A stretch of 64,000 nucleotides of DNA from a bacterium. GTDB taxonomy: Bacteria > UBA8248. The position numbers and the translations under genes were made by a program. Location: positions 1,440,001-1,504,000 of the forward strand of contig CBDBBI010000010.1 in NCBI GenBank assembly GCA_965202625.1. Reading direction: 5' to 3'. Each line of letters begins with the position of its first letter. Within the stretch, counting starts at the first letter, position 1. Of this stretch, positions 50,175-60,022 are shown in pieces. The notes under the pieces were generated by a model that saw only the letters and a program-made list of their open reading frames with translations, was not told the origin of the DNA and searched no databases.

Positions 50175-51139
50175 TTTCCCCTTCCCGACATCTTGTCGAT
50201 GATCAATTCGCGCAGCGTCGCGACGAATGAGGGATGGGTTCCCACGGTGGGCGCGCGACAGAACCGAAGGCCCGCCTCCTCGGCCGCCTCTCGCGCCTCG
50301 ACGTCGAGATCGAAAAGCACCTCCACATGATCGCACAGGAAGCCGACCGGAACCACCACGACCGCGCGTGCGTCCTCGGCGGCGACAGAGCGGATGACCT
50401 CCGTCACGTCCGGGCCGAGCCAGGCACCGGCGGGAGCGTCTGGGCTGCTCTGAAAACCGACCCGATGCGTCTCCAGGCCGAGCGCGCGTGCGACCAGAAC
50501 CGCTGTCTCCCTGAATTCCTCCTCATACGAGGAGTCCCTCGCCATGGAAACGGGGATGGAATGCGCTGTGAATACGACCTCGGCACTGTCCCTCCCGCCT
50601 GCCCTTAAGTCTGGGGCGACCTGACGCACCCGCTCCACCACGGCGGAGACGAAGCCCGGATGACGGTGCCACGGCGTTTCCATAAACGCGGTATCGGGGG
50701 AGTCGCCGCCCAGCTCCTCACGCGCCGAGCAGACGGCGCCCCGGTAGGCCTCCCAGCTGATTTTTGCCCGATGCGGGGCGAGCACAACGCCCACGGCGCG
50801 CCGCAAACCTCGCCGGAACATCTCGGCGAGCGTCTCCTTGACGTAGGGCGTCCAGAACCGATGGCCGACGTAGACGGGGAGCATAACGCCCGCCTCCTCC
50901 AAGGCCATCTCAAGGGCGCCCGCCTGTTTTTGAGAAAAATGCGTGAACGGCGAGACGCCCCCGAAGCGCTGATAGTGCGCGGCCACCTCCTTGATGCGCG
51001 CGGCCCCGCCCGTTCTCTGGCCGACGATGCCCTCAACGTAGCAATGCGCCTCGCCCGGGCATTCCTCGTAGCGCAGACAACAACCCTTGGTGGGCCCGCC
51101 GAAACCGATCAGCAAGACGGAGTCGAACCTTTCGCTCAT
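50171..51139 (-). CDS. hemH: Ferrochelatase
   Basis: GFGGP, HY..FGG.SP, FTAHSIP, FQS, WLGPD, PVGFLCDHVEVLFDLD. Confidence 0.92.
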   Translation of the reverse strand: MSERFDSVLLIGFGGPTKGCCLRYEECPGEAHCYVEGIVGQRTGGAARIKEVAAHYQRFGGVSPFTHFSQKQAGALEMALEEAGVMLPVYVGHRFWTPYVKETLAEMFRRGLRRAVGVVLAPHRAKISWEAYRGAVCSAREELGGDSPDTAFMETPWHRHPGFVSAVVERVRQVAPDLRAGGRDSAEVVFTAHSIPVSMARDSSYEEEFRETAVLVARALGLETHRVGFQSSPDAPAGAWLGPDVTEVIRSVAAEDARAVVVVPVGFLCDHVEVLFDLDVEAREAAEEAGLRFCRAPTVGTHPSFVATLRELIIDKMSGRGN

Positions 51140-52206
51140 TCCGCCTCCGCTCTCCATTCGTGAACGAACGCCACCAGCCTCTTGACGTTGTCGACCGGGG
51201 TCTGCGGCAAAACGCCGTGGCCCAGATTAAAGATGTGGCCCGGCCGCCCCCCCGCCTGACGCAGGACGCGCTCCGCTCGCGCGAGAACGTATCCAGGCAC
51301 AGCGAGAAGAACGCAAGGGTCCAGATTCCCCTGAACGCCCATGTCGCCCACGCATTTCCGGGCACGGGAGAGGTCAACGCGAAAATCGACCCCCACCACG
51401 TCGCCGCCCGCGCTCGCGAACGCCTCGAGATAGGGCGTGGTTCCCGTTCCGAAGTGGATGACGGGCACGCCCTTCGCGACACCCTCGATAAGGGCGCGGC
51501 TGTGCGGCAAAACAAACTCCTTGAAATCCTCAGACGAGAGGCAACCCACCCAGCTGTCAAAAATTTGCACCGCCTGCGCACCGGCGCGCACCTGCTCGTT
51601 CAGATACGCGATCAGCCCCCTCACGAGCTTCCGCATCAGTGCGCGCCACGCCCCCGGATCCGCATACATGAACCTCTTGGTGCGCTCAAAGCGGCGCGAT
51701 CCGCCGCCCTCGATCATGTAGGAGGCGAGGGTGAAGGGCGCGCCGCAAAAGCCGATGAGCGGAAGGTTCGGGTTCATCTCCGCCCTGGTTCTTCCAACGG
51801 CCTCAAAGACGAACGCGAGGTTCTCCCGGGGTGTCGCCTCACGGAGGCGATCCACGTCAGCGGCACTGCGAACCGGATTGTGGAGAACGGGGCCGCCGCT
51901 CTCCAGATACTCCAGTTCCATGCCCATGGGCTGGAGTATGAGAAGAATGTCGGAGAACAGGATGGCAGCGTCCGCCCCAATCGCGTCAAGGGCGGTGACG
52001 GCGACCTCAGCCGCGAGATCCGGACTGCGACAAAGCTCGATGAAGGAGACCTTCTCCCGAACGGCGCGATACTCGCGCATGTATCTGCCCGCCTGACGCA
52101 TGAGCCATACGGGTGTCCCCTCGGTGGGCACCCGCCGGCAGGCGCGCATGAAAGAGGAGTTCTCATAAGCGGGCGGTGCGCTCCTAGGTTGTGGCTGGGC
52201 GGACAT
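51136..52206 (-). CDS. hemE: Uroporphyrinogen decarboxylase
   Basis: PVWLMRQAGRY, DAAILFSDIL, LIGFCGAPFTLASY, QIFDSW, QGNLDP, IFNLGHG. Confidence 0.97.
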   Translation of the reverse strand: MSAQPQPRSAPPAYENSSFMRACRRVPTEGTPVWLMRQAGRYMREYRAVREKVSFIELCRSPDLAAEVAVTALDAIGADAAILFSDILLILQPMGMELEYLESGGPVLHNPVRSAADVDRLREATPRENLAFVFEAVGRTRAEMNPNLPLIGFCGAPFTLASYMIEGGGSRRFERTKRFMYADPGAWRALMRKLVRGLIAYLNEQVRAGAQAVQIFDSWVGCLSSEDFKEFVLPHSRALIEGVAKGVPVIHFGTGTTPYLEAFASAGGDVVGVDFRVDLSRARKCVGDMGVQGNLDPCVLLAVPGYVLARAERVLRQAGGRPGHIFNLGHGVLPQTPVDNVKRLVAFVHEWRAEAE

Positions 52207-52385
52207 GAACGTCTCCTTGAGAACGCTTCCCTCCACGGGCCGTCTCGTAGAGGCAGTCTAATCCAAAAGCCGCACCTTCGCACGCCACGCACAGCGCGAA
52301 AACGCAGAATACGAGACGCCCCTGGCTGGACAACGCCCATTCAGGTAAGATACACAAGGGCTTTGTGTTCCAGGCGAGACCCTCC

Positions 52386-52460
52386 GGCGCCATAGCCAAG
52401 TGGTAAGGCAGAGGACTGCAAATCCTTTATTCCCCGGTTCGAATCCGGGTGGCGCCTCCA
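52386..52460 (+). tRNA. tRNA-Cys (GCA)
   Basis: GGCGCCA/TGGCGCC acceptor stem, anticodon loop CTGCAAA, GGTTCGAATCC T-arm, encoded CCA. Confidence 0.96.
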
Positions 52461-52699
52461 GCGACTCCGCTGCTTCTCGCCCGCTGAGGGGCGAGGGCGT
52501 TGATGAGAGCGTCATATTATCGCCTCATCCTCCACTTCCGGACGAGGCGCTCAGGCGGGTTTGGGAGGACACCCCTCTTCCGGCGGCGACTCCTCCACTC
52601 CGGCCAACCCGCGCTAGGTTCCCTCCGCGCCCTTGACAAGAAAAAGAGAATAATTTACGCCATGTGCATATCATCACTTAAGAGGGAGGGGGAGGTGCG

Positions 52700-53326
52700 A
52701 TGCACCGGACGAGTACCGAATCGACCATAGAATCCAAAAGCGCGCTCCGAGAATATTATGGCCCGCCCGGCGAGCGCGGGCTCAAAAAACAGATGGCGCA
52801 TCTGGATGAGCACGCCAAGAACTTCATCTCCCTCTCTCCGTTCATGATCATCGCCTCGGCGACGGCACGGGGTGCGGACGCTTCCCCCAAAGGGGATCCG
52901 CCGGGCTTCGTCAAAGTGATCGACGAAAACACACTGCTCATCCCTGACAGGCCGGGCAACAACCGCGTCGACACCATGAGCAACGTCATAGAGAACAACC
53001 ACGTCGGCCTCCTCTTTTTGGTGCCTGGAATGTGCGAGACGCTGCGCGTGAACGGGCGCGCGCGCGTCACCACCGACCCTGAACTGCTCGCGCCCCTCTC
53101 GATGCGGGGCAAGGCGCCTGTGTCGGGCATGATCGTTGAGGTGGACGAGGCGTATCTTCATTGCGGAAAGGCGGTCATCCGCGCGAGCCTCTGGGACCCG
53201 GAAAAACACATCGACAGAAAGTCGTTCCCCTCAATGGGGCAGATGCTCGCCGACCAGATTGGCGGCTACGACGGCGAGGAGCTCAACGAGGGAATTCAGG
53301 AACGATACAAAACAGACCTGTATTAA
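52700..53326 (+). CDS. Pyridoxamine 5'-phosphate oxidase-like FMN-binding protein
   Basis: DASPKGD.PGFV, IPDRPGNNR.D, GLLFLVPG..ETLRVNG, HCGKA..RA.LW. Confidence 0.88.
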   Translation: MHRTSTESTIESKSALREYYGPPGERGLKKQMAHLDEHAKNFISLSPFMIIASATARGADASPKGDPPGFVKVIDENTLLIPDRPGNNRVDTMSNVIENNHVGLLFLVPGMCETLRVNGRARVTTDPELLAPLSMRGKAPVSGMIVEVDEAYLHCGKAVIRASLWDPEKHIDRKSFPSMGQMLADQIGGYDGEELNEGIQERYKTDLY

Positions 53327-53353
53327 CACCCTCGAGCGAGGCGAGGACGCCTT

Positions 53354-55270
53354 CTAATGCGTTTCCTTCAGATAGATCACCGAGAGGGGCGGCAGCGTCA
53401 TTTTGATGGAATACGGCTGGCCGTTCCAGGTCACGTCCTCCGCATGGCAGGGGTCTGGGTTCCCCATCCCCCCCCCCCCATACGTTTCTGAGTCGCTGTT
53501 CAGCACCTCGACCCACTCGCCATCGGCGGGAACGCCCATCCGGTAGCCCCTCCTCGGCACGGGCGTAAAATTCGACGCCACGAGCAGCGTCGGCTCATCC
53601 TCCGTGGCGATGCGCACGAAACCCAGAACGCTCGCAGAAGCCGCGTCCGCCTCCACCCAGGCGAAGCCGCGCGTATCGTAATCCCTTCGGAACAGAGCGC
53701 GCTCGCGCTGATAAAAGGCGTTGAGGTCGCTCACCCACTTCATCAACCCCGCTCCAAAGGGTTCTTCGGCGAGACGCCAATCGAGCGCGCCGTCGTGATT
53801 CCACTCTCGCCACTGGCCGAACTCTCCGCCCATGAACAGCAGCTTCTTTCCGGGTTGGGCGAACATCAGCCCATAAAGCGCCCGAAGGTTGGAGAACCTT
53901 TGACATTCGTCTCCCGGCATCTTGCTGAGCAGAGAGCCTTTGCCGTGCACTACCTCATCGTGAGAGAGCATCAGCACGAAATTCTCGTTGTAGGCGTAAA
54001 GCATCCGGAAGGTGAGCAGGTTGTGATGATATTTCCGATGGACGGGGGTTTTCATCATGTATTGGAGAGAGTCGTGCATCCAGCCCATGTCCCATTTCAT
54101 GCCGAAACCCAGGCCACCTGCATCGACGGGCATCGAGACCATCGGCCAGGCGGTGGATTCCTCCGCGATGGTCTGCACGTCGGGAAACCGACGATAGACC
54201 TCCGTGTTCAGGCGTCGCAAGAAGGATATAGCCTCCAAATTCTCGCGGCCTCCCTCCTCGTTGGGCAGCCACTCGCCCTTCTTTCTCGAGTAATCGAGAT
54301 ACAGCATCGAGGCCACGGCGTCCACGCGCAGCCCGTCGACGTGGAAATAATCCAGCCAGTAGAGGGCGTTGCTTATGAGAAAGGCGGAAACCTCGTTGCG
54401 CCCATAGTTGAAAATGCAGCTTTCCCAGTCGGGATGAAACCCGCGCCGGGGGTCCTCGTGCTCATAAAGATGCGTGCCGTCGAAATAGCCCAGCCCATGC
54501 CCGTCCGACGGGAAATGCGAGGGCACCCAGTCAAGTATCACGCCCAGGCCACGCTGGTGGAGATAATCGATCAAGTACATCAAGTCCTGCGGGGTGCCAT
54601 AGCGGCTCGTGGGGGAGAAATAGCCCGTGATCTGATAACCCCAAGAACCCTCGAAGGGGTGTTCCATCAACGGCAAAAACTCGACGTGGGTAAACCCTGT
54701 GCGGAGCATGTGATCGGCAAGTTGCGGGGCAATTTCCCTATAGGTGAGAGAACGATTCTCCTCGCCCGGCACCCGGCGCCAGGAGCCAAGGTGCATCTCG
54801 TAGATGGAAATGGGCGCCTCGCGGCCGTTGCACGCCCCGCGGCATTCCATCCAACTCTCATCTTCCCATCGGTAATCGAGACTCCAGACGACCGACCCGC
54901 TCCTCGGAGGCGTCTCGCTGTAGAATGCGAAAGGATCCGCCTTGTCGGCCCGATAATCCCCGACATGCGAGTGAACGCGATATTTGTATATCTCGCCTTT
55001 CCCCACGCCCGGAATGAACCCCGCCCATATGCCCGAGCTCTCCACCGGCGCCAACGGGTGGCGCCCCTCCTCCCATTGATTGAAGTCTCCGATGACATCC
55101 ACGCTCTTCGCGTTCGGCGCCCACACGGCGAAGTAAACGCCATCGTCCCCCTCCACCCGCATGGGGTGCGCGCCCATCTTCTCATAAAGGGTGAAATGCG
55201 AACCCTGATTGAAGAGGTGAACGTCATAATCCGTGAGATGGGAAAGCGCGGGATGATGGATGACGCTCAC
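53354..55270 (-). CDS. glgB: 1,4-alpha-glucan branching enzyme (short form)
   Basis: FAVWAPNA, IYEMHLGSW, SWGYQ, DWVPSHF, DGLRVDAVASM, AEEST, LSHDEVVHGK. Confidence 0.97.
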   Translation of the reverse strand: MSVIHHPALSHLTDYDVHLFNQGSHFTLYEKMGAHPMRVEGDDGVYFAVWAPNAKSVDVIGDFNQWEEGRHPLAPVESSGIWAGFIPGVGKGEIYKYRVHSHVGDYRADKADPFAFYSETPPRSGSVVWSLDYRWEDESWMECRGACNGREAPISIYEMHLGSWRRVPGEENRSLTYREIAPQLADHMLRTGFTHVEFLPLMEHPFEGSWGYQITGYFSPTSRYGTPQDLMYLIDYLHQRGLGVILDWVPSHFPSDGHGLGYFDGTHLYEHEDPRRGFHPDWESCIFNYGRNEVSAFLISNALYWLDYFHVDGLRVDAVASMLYLDYSRKKGEWLPNEEGGRENLEAISFLRRLNTEVYRRFPDVQTIAEESTAWPMVSMPVDAGGLGFGMKWDMGWMHDSLQYMMKTPVHRKYHHNLLTFRMLYAYNENFVLMLSHDEVVHGKGSLLSKMPGDECQRFSNLRALYGLMFAQPGKKLLFMGGEFGQWREWNHDGALDWRLAEEPFGAGLMKWVSDLNAFYQRERALFRRDYDTRGFAWVEADAASASVLGFVRIATEDEPTLLVASNFTPVPRRGYRMGVPADGEWVEVLNSDSETYGGGGMGNPDPCHAEDVTWNGQPYSIKMTLPPLSVIYLKETH

Positions 55271-57444
55271 GGTTTTCCCTCCTCGTGCGAAGCGAACGAT
55301 TCGCCTTCATGTCTGCGCAACAGCACCAAAGAGCTTCCCTGGACGAGATAGGAGCCGCCCGCGTGAACCCGGCCGTCCCAGCCCCTCTCGCTGCATTCGG
55401 CCGTATCCACCACCACGCTCCACCTCGCGCCCCTGTCTATCTCGAGAAACGCGAAAGGAATCGCCTCATCGTGCGCATTCATCAGAACCATCAAGGTATC
55501 ATAATTCCGGTGCCGACGCTGAGAGGCGGACTCCCCTTCTTTCGCTCCCCGCAACCTGAAGCCAAAACATTTCATGTGCCCCGCACTCCACTCCTCCGCT
55601 CCCAATTCATGGCCAAGATGATGAAGCCAGGTGATCTCGGGATATTCCACCTCGCCCGGGCTTCTGGGGGAGAAAAACCGCTCCCGACGAAACTCCGGCT
55701 GGGCGCGCGCCCAGCGGATGAGCCTTTTGACGAAAGAGAGGAGTTCTTCGTTTTTCTCGGTCAGCAACCAATCCACCCAAGAGGTCTCGTTGTCCTGACA
55801 ATAGGCGTTGTTGTTCCCGTTTTGCGTGCGCCCAAACTCATCTCCCGCCTGGAGCATCGGCACCCCCTGAGAGAGAAAAAGACTGGCGAGCAGGTTTCTC
55901 TTTCGCTGCGCGCGCAAGCGCGACACGCCCGAGTCGTTCGTCGGGCCCTCCACCCCGCCGTTCGAGCTATCGTTCGCGTTCGTCCCGTCCCTGTTCTCCT
56001 CTCCGTTCGCCTCGTTGTGCTTCTCTTGAAAGCTCACGAGATCCTCAAGCGTGAATCCGTCGTGGCAGGTTACGAAATTGAGACTCGCCTGGGGGGGGCG
56101 CCCGCTGGTCTGAAAAATGTCGCTGCTCCCCGCCAACCGACTAGCGAACTCCGCCGCCTGCCCATCGTCCCCGCGCCAGAAACGGCGCGTCGCGCCCCTG
56201 AACTCCCCGTTCCATTCCGTCCAGCCTTTGGGGAAGTTTCCCAGCTGATACCCATCCTCGCCCAAGTCCCAGGGCTCGGCGATGAGCTTGACGCCCGAGA
56301 GCGTCGGTTCGTTCTCGATCGCTTGAAAAAAAGGGGATTTCGGGTCGAAACTGCCTTCACTCCGCGCGAGGGAAGGGGCGAGATCGAACCGAAAGCCATC
56401 CACCCGAAACTCCTCCGCCCAATAGCGCAGGCTATCCATTATCAAACGCAAAACCATCGGATGCGCGGCGTTCAGCGCGTTTCCACAACCGGTGGTGTCC
56501 ACGTACCGGCTCCTGTCCTCGGGATTCACTCGGTAGTAAACTTGGTTGTCAAGGCCGCGAAACGACAGATACGACCCCTGGAAACCTTCCTCCGCCGTAT
56601 GGTTGTAGACGACATCCAGAATCACCTCGATTCCCGCCTGGTGATAGACTTTCACCATCTCCTTGAATTCATCCACCTGCCCGCCCCGATCGCCACGGCT
56701 GGAGAACCGCGCGTCAGGAGCGAAAAAGCCGATTGACCCATAGCCCCAATAATTGGAAAGCCCCAATTTGTGGAGACGATGTCCGGAGATTCGATGATGA
56801 ACAGGCAGAAGCTCTACGGCAGTGACGCCCAAATCTCTCAGGTATTCCACCACGGCCGGGCTCGCAAGACCCGCATACGTGCCCCTGAGGTCTTCCGGCA
56901 CGGCGGGATGTCGAATGGTGAAGCCCTTGACGTGCAGCTCATAGACGACGGTCTGTGCCCAGGGTGTCTGCGGACGCGCGTCGTCTCCCCAATCAAAAGA
57001 AGAGTCCACGAGCACGCTCTTCGGGGTCGCGTGGGCGTTGTCCCCCTCGTCCATGAGACGGAGGTCGTCTCCTCTGTGGCCATACATTTCCGCGCACCAG
57101 CACACGTCGCCCGCAATCGCCCGCGCATACGGGTCCAGCAGCACCTTGGAGGGGTTGAAGCGATGCCCCTCCTTCGGTGCGTAAGGGCCATGTACACGAA
57201 ACCCATAAAGCTGGCCCGCCTCTAGTCCCTCCACCACCGCGCGCCAGATGGCGTCGTCCCCCCGAGCGAGAGGGACGCGCGCCGTTTCCCTCCCATGATC
57301 CTCCGCGTCGAACAGGCAGAGCTCGACCCCCTCCGCGTTCTCCGAGAAAAGGGAGAACTGCACCCCCCACGCGTGCCGCATCGCACCCAGACGCCCCTCG
57401 GGCTGGCCCATCTTTTTTTCTGCCACCACCGGATACCGCCTCAT
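55267..57444 (-). CDS. glgX: Glycogen debranching enzyme
   Basis: LLDPYA, YELHVKG, NYWGY, DVVYNHTAE, DGFRFDLA, AEPWD, CHDGFTL.D, NNNAYCQDN. Confidence 0.96.
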   Translation of the reverse strand: MRRYPVVAEKKMGQPEGRLGAMRHAWGVQFSLFSENAEGVELCLFDAEDHGRETARVPLARGDDAIWRAVVEGLEAGQLYGFRVHGPYAPKEGHRFNPSKVLLDPYARAIAGDVCWCAEMYGHRGDDLRLMDEGDNAHATPKSVLVDSSFDWGDDARPQTPWAQTVVYELHVKGFTIRHPAVPEDLRGTYAGLASPAVVEYLRDLGVTAVELLPVHHRISGHRLHKLGLSNYWGYGSIGFFAPDARFSSRGDRGGQVDEFKEMVKVYHQAGIEVILDVVYNHTAEEGFQGSYLSFRGLDNQVYYRVNPEDRSRYVDTTGCGNALNAAHPMVLRLIMDSLRYWAEEFRVDGFRFDLAPSLARSEGSFDPKSPFFQAIENEPTLSGVKLIAEPWDLGEDGYQLGNFPKGWTEWNGEFRGATRRFWRGDDGQAAEFASRLAGSSDIFQTSGRPPQASLNFVTCHDGFTLEDLVSFQEKHNEANGEENRDGTNANDSSNGGVEGPTNDSGVSRLRAQRKRNLLASLFLSQGVPMLQAGDEFGRTQNGNNNAYCQDNETSWVDWLLTEKNEELLSFVKRLIRWARAQPEFRRERFFSPRSPGEVEYPEITWLHHLGHELGAEEWSAGHMKCFGFRLRGAKEGESASQRRHRNYDTLMVLMNAHDEAIPFAFLEIDRGARWSVVVDTAECSERGWDGRVHAGGSYLVQGSSLVLLRRHEGESFASHEEGKP

Positions 57445-57769
57445 CGAGAAGAATTCTTCTGAAATATAATTTTTTTCGCCCTCCTAAACAAACGAAAAAC
57501 CGAAATCCCTCCCGCGCGCGCCGCACCCGCTCGGACAGACCCCCTAGTTCCGCATACGGGAGGCTTATCGCCGTTTCGCCGCAAGGGGCGTCCTTCTAGG
57601 CGCACGATCACAATAATCCGCCCTCCCTGCGTCCTGCGAAAGTCGCGCCCGAGCACCTGTGCCAATCGAAAGGCCTCGCGCCACTATCCCGCCCGACTTC
57701 GCTTTTTCCACAAGCGCGTCTTAGAATCTCTCCCTGCCCATCGGCGTCCATTCAAGACGGGAGAACGCC

Positions 57770-58939
57770 TTGCAGATCATCGACGTTCGAGAGACGGTGG
57801 TTCCCATCCGCTCGGACATCAGAAACGCCTTCATCGACTTCTCCATGATGACGGTGAGCGTCGCCGCCCTCATCACGGACGTGACCCGAGGCGGCAGGCG
57901 CGTGGTGGGCTTCGGCTTCAACTCGAACGGGCGCTATGCCCAGAGGGGACTTTTGCGAGAGCGCTTCATTCCCAGGCTCAAGGAGGCGGCGCCTGATTCG
58001 CTGCTCAACGAGGAAGGCGCGAACTTCGATCCCTTCCGAATCTGGGATTGCCTCATCCGAAACGAAAAACCGGGCGGGCATGGCGATCGCTCCGTCGCCG
58101 TCGGCGTTCTCGACATGGCGGCGTGGGACGCAGTCGCCAAAATCGAGGAGAAGCCGCTGTATCGCCATCTGGCGGACACCTACCGGAATGGTCAATATGA
58201 CGAGAAAGTATCCGTCTACGCGGCAGGGGGCTACTACTACCCAGGAAAGGACGTCAAAGCGCTTCAGGCCGAGATGCGGAGCTATCTGAAGCGGGGATAT
58301 ACCGCCGTCAAGATGAAGATAGGCGGCGCGACGCTGGAGGAGGACGTGAGAAGAATAGAGGCGGTGCTCGAGGTCGTGGGGGATGGCCGCAACCTTGCGG
58401 TGGACGCCAATGGAAAATTCGACCTAGAAACTGCCATCGCCTACGGCGAGACGCTCAAGCCCTACGACCTGCGCTGGTATGAGGAGGCTGGCGACCCGCT
58501 AGACTACGCGCTTCAGGCCGAGCTCGTCCGGAGTTACGGGAAGCCCATGGCGACGGGAGAGAACCTCTTCTCCACCCAGGATGCGAGAAACCTCATCCGC
58601 TACGGGGGGATGCGGCCGGGAGTCGACGTCCTGCAATTCGACCCTGCCTTGAGCTACGGCTTGGTGGAATACCTGAAGACACTGGGGATGCTGGAGAAAA
58701 ACGGCTGGTCGCCCCGCTCGTGCATCCCCCACGGGGGGCACCAGATGGCGCTCAACATCGCCGCCGGGCTAGGTCTTGGGGGCAACGAATCCTACCCTGA
58801 CGTGTTCAAGCCCTTCAACGGCTTCGCCGACGACGTGGCGGTAGAGGAAGGCCGCGTTGGATTTTCCGATCTGCCGGGAATCGGCATTGAGGACAAAGCA
58901 GCACTCAGAGGCGTGCTAGAGGAGCTCTCGGAAATCTAA
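57770..58939 (+). CDS. tarD: Enolase-superfamily enzyme, D-tartrate dehydratase-like
   Basis: IRNAFIDF, GFNSNGRY, NEKPGGHG.RSVAVG, YAAGGYY, KMKIG, VDANG, WYEE, ATGEN, PHGGH match the TarD subgroup as recalled. Confidence 0.8.
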   Translation: MQIIDVRETVVPIRSDIRNAFIDFSMMTVSVAALITDVTRGGRRVVGFGFNSNGRYAQRGLLRERFIPRLKEAAPDSLLNEEGANFDPFRIWDCLIRNEKPGGHGDRSVAVGVLDMAAWDAVAKIEEKPLYRHLADTYRNGQYDEKVSVYAAGGYYYPGKDVKALQAEMRSYLKRGYTAVKMKIGGATLEEDVRRIEAVLEVVGDGRNLAVDANGKFDLETAIAYGETLKPYDLRWYEEAGDPLDYALQAELVRSYGKPMATGENLFSTQDARNLIRYGGMRPGVDVLQFDPALSYGLVEYLKTLGMLEKNGWSPRSCIPHGGHQMALNIAAGLGLGGNESYPDVFKPFNGFADDVAVEEGRVGFSDLPGIGIEDKAALRGVLEELSEI

Positions 58940-59940
58940 ACGAACGCGGGCATCACCTCTTTGGCGAAGCGCTCAAGGGTTCTCAGGACGAGCTCCTGCG
59001 GCATTCCCGGCCATTGGACCCGAAACGCCATGTGGTCCACGCCCAGCTCGTCTCGGTGGCGTCTCACCTCCGCCGCCACGTCCTCCGCCGAGCCGATCAG
59101 AAATCGGTCGGAGCGCAACGCATCGAGCGGCATCCTGAGCGTATCGTCCTTCGGCAGGGCTTCACTCTGCCCCCATTGCACGTAAACGTTATACTTCACG
59201 GTCAGATAGTCCGCGCATTCGCGAAAAGCGCTCTCTCGATCCGCTCCGATGAACATCTCCTTGATCACCGGCGTCGCCTCCGGCGCGCCCTTACCCACGG
59301 CGGCGCGCTCTTCGTGAAACATCTCCATCTGACGCCTGAGCGTGTCGAAGCGCGCGTGGGGGTTCAGAAACCACGCCTCTCCCATGCGGGCGGCGCGCCG
59401 CACCGCGCCGTCGCCGTTCGCCGCTATCCAGATGGGGGGTCTGGGCCTCTGGATGGGCCGCATGGCGAGCTTCACGTCCCGAAGGCGGACGACCTCGCCC
59501 TCGTAGTGAAGCGTCTCCCCCTCAAGCAGACGCGCGACCACTTCGAGTTTCTCTTCAAACGCCTTCACGCGATGCGGCTTTCCAAGGCCGAAGGCACGAT
59601 ACTCCGGCTCCCGGTAGCCAAGTCCTACGCCAAGCACGAAGCGGCCCCTCGTCATGGCGTCGAGCGTGGCGACCTGCTCGGCCACGTCCACGGGATTTTG
59701 AAGCGCAAGAAGCAAAATGCCGCTGCCGACGGTCATTTCACCGGCGTGGGCCGCCACCTGGGCGAGGCTCGGCCAGGTCTGCATCATCCACACGCCCTCG
59801 GTGAGGTAGTGCTGGCCGCACCATACGCTGTGAAAACCCAAATCCCGAATAAGGCGCACTTGTTCGAGATGCTCCTCCCAACGTTCCGCGGGGTCATCCT
59901 CCAAAGAGTGCTGATTCATGACGAACATGCCGAATTTCAC
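58936..59940 (-). CDS. LLM-class flavin-dependent oxidoreductase
   Basis: GF.SVW.GQH, P..VAEQ.ATLD, GRF.LG.G.GY, PPIW.AA, AVRRAAR. Confidence 0.9.
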   Translation of the reverse strand: MKFGMFVMNQHSLEDDPAERWEEHLEQVRLIRDLGFHSVWCGQHYLTEGVWMMQTWPSLAQVAAHAGEMTVGSGILLLALQNPVDVAEQVATLDAMTRGRFVLGVGLGYREPEYRAFGLGKPHRVKAFEEKLEVVARLLEGETLHYEGEVVRLRDVKLAMRPIQRPRPPIWIAANGDGAVRRAARMGEAWFLNPHARFDTLRRQMEMFHEERAAVGKGAPEATPVIKEMFIGADRESAFRECADYLTVKYNVYVQWGQSEALPKDDTLRMPLDALRSDRFLIGSAEDVAAEVRRHRDELGVDHMAFRVQWPGMPQELVLRTLERFAKEVMPAFV

Positions 59941-60022
59941 GTCACCCTCTCGCGTTATTCACCGAACGCCGCAAGTTTGTCGCGCGGCGACGGATCAAAA
60001 ACGTCGCCTTTCACTTTACCCC

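Noticed and set aside
52386-52700. tRNA-Cys as an integration site
   Set aside because: No integrase and no duplicated tRNA 3' end seen in the window.
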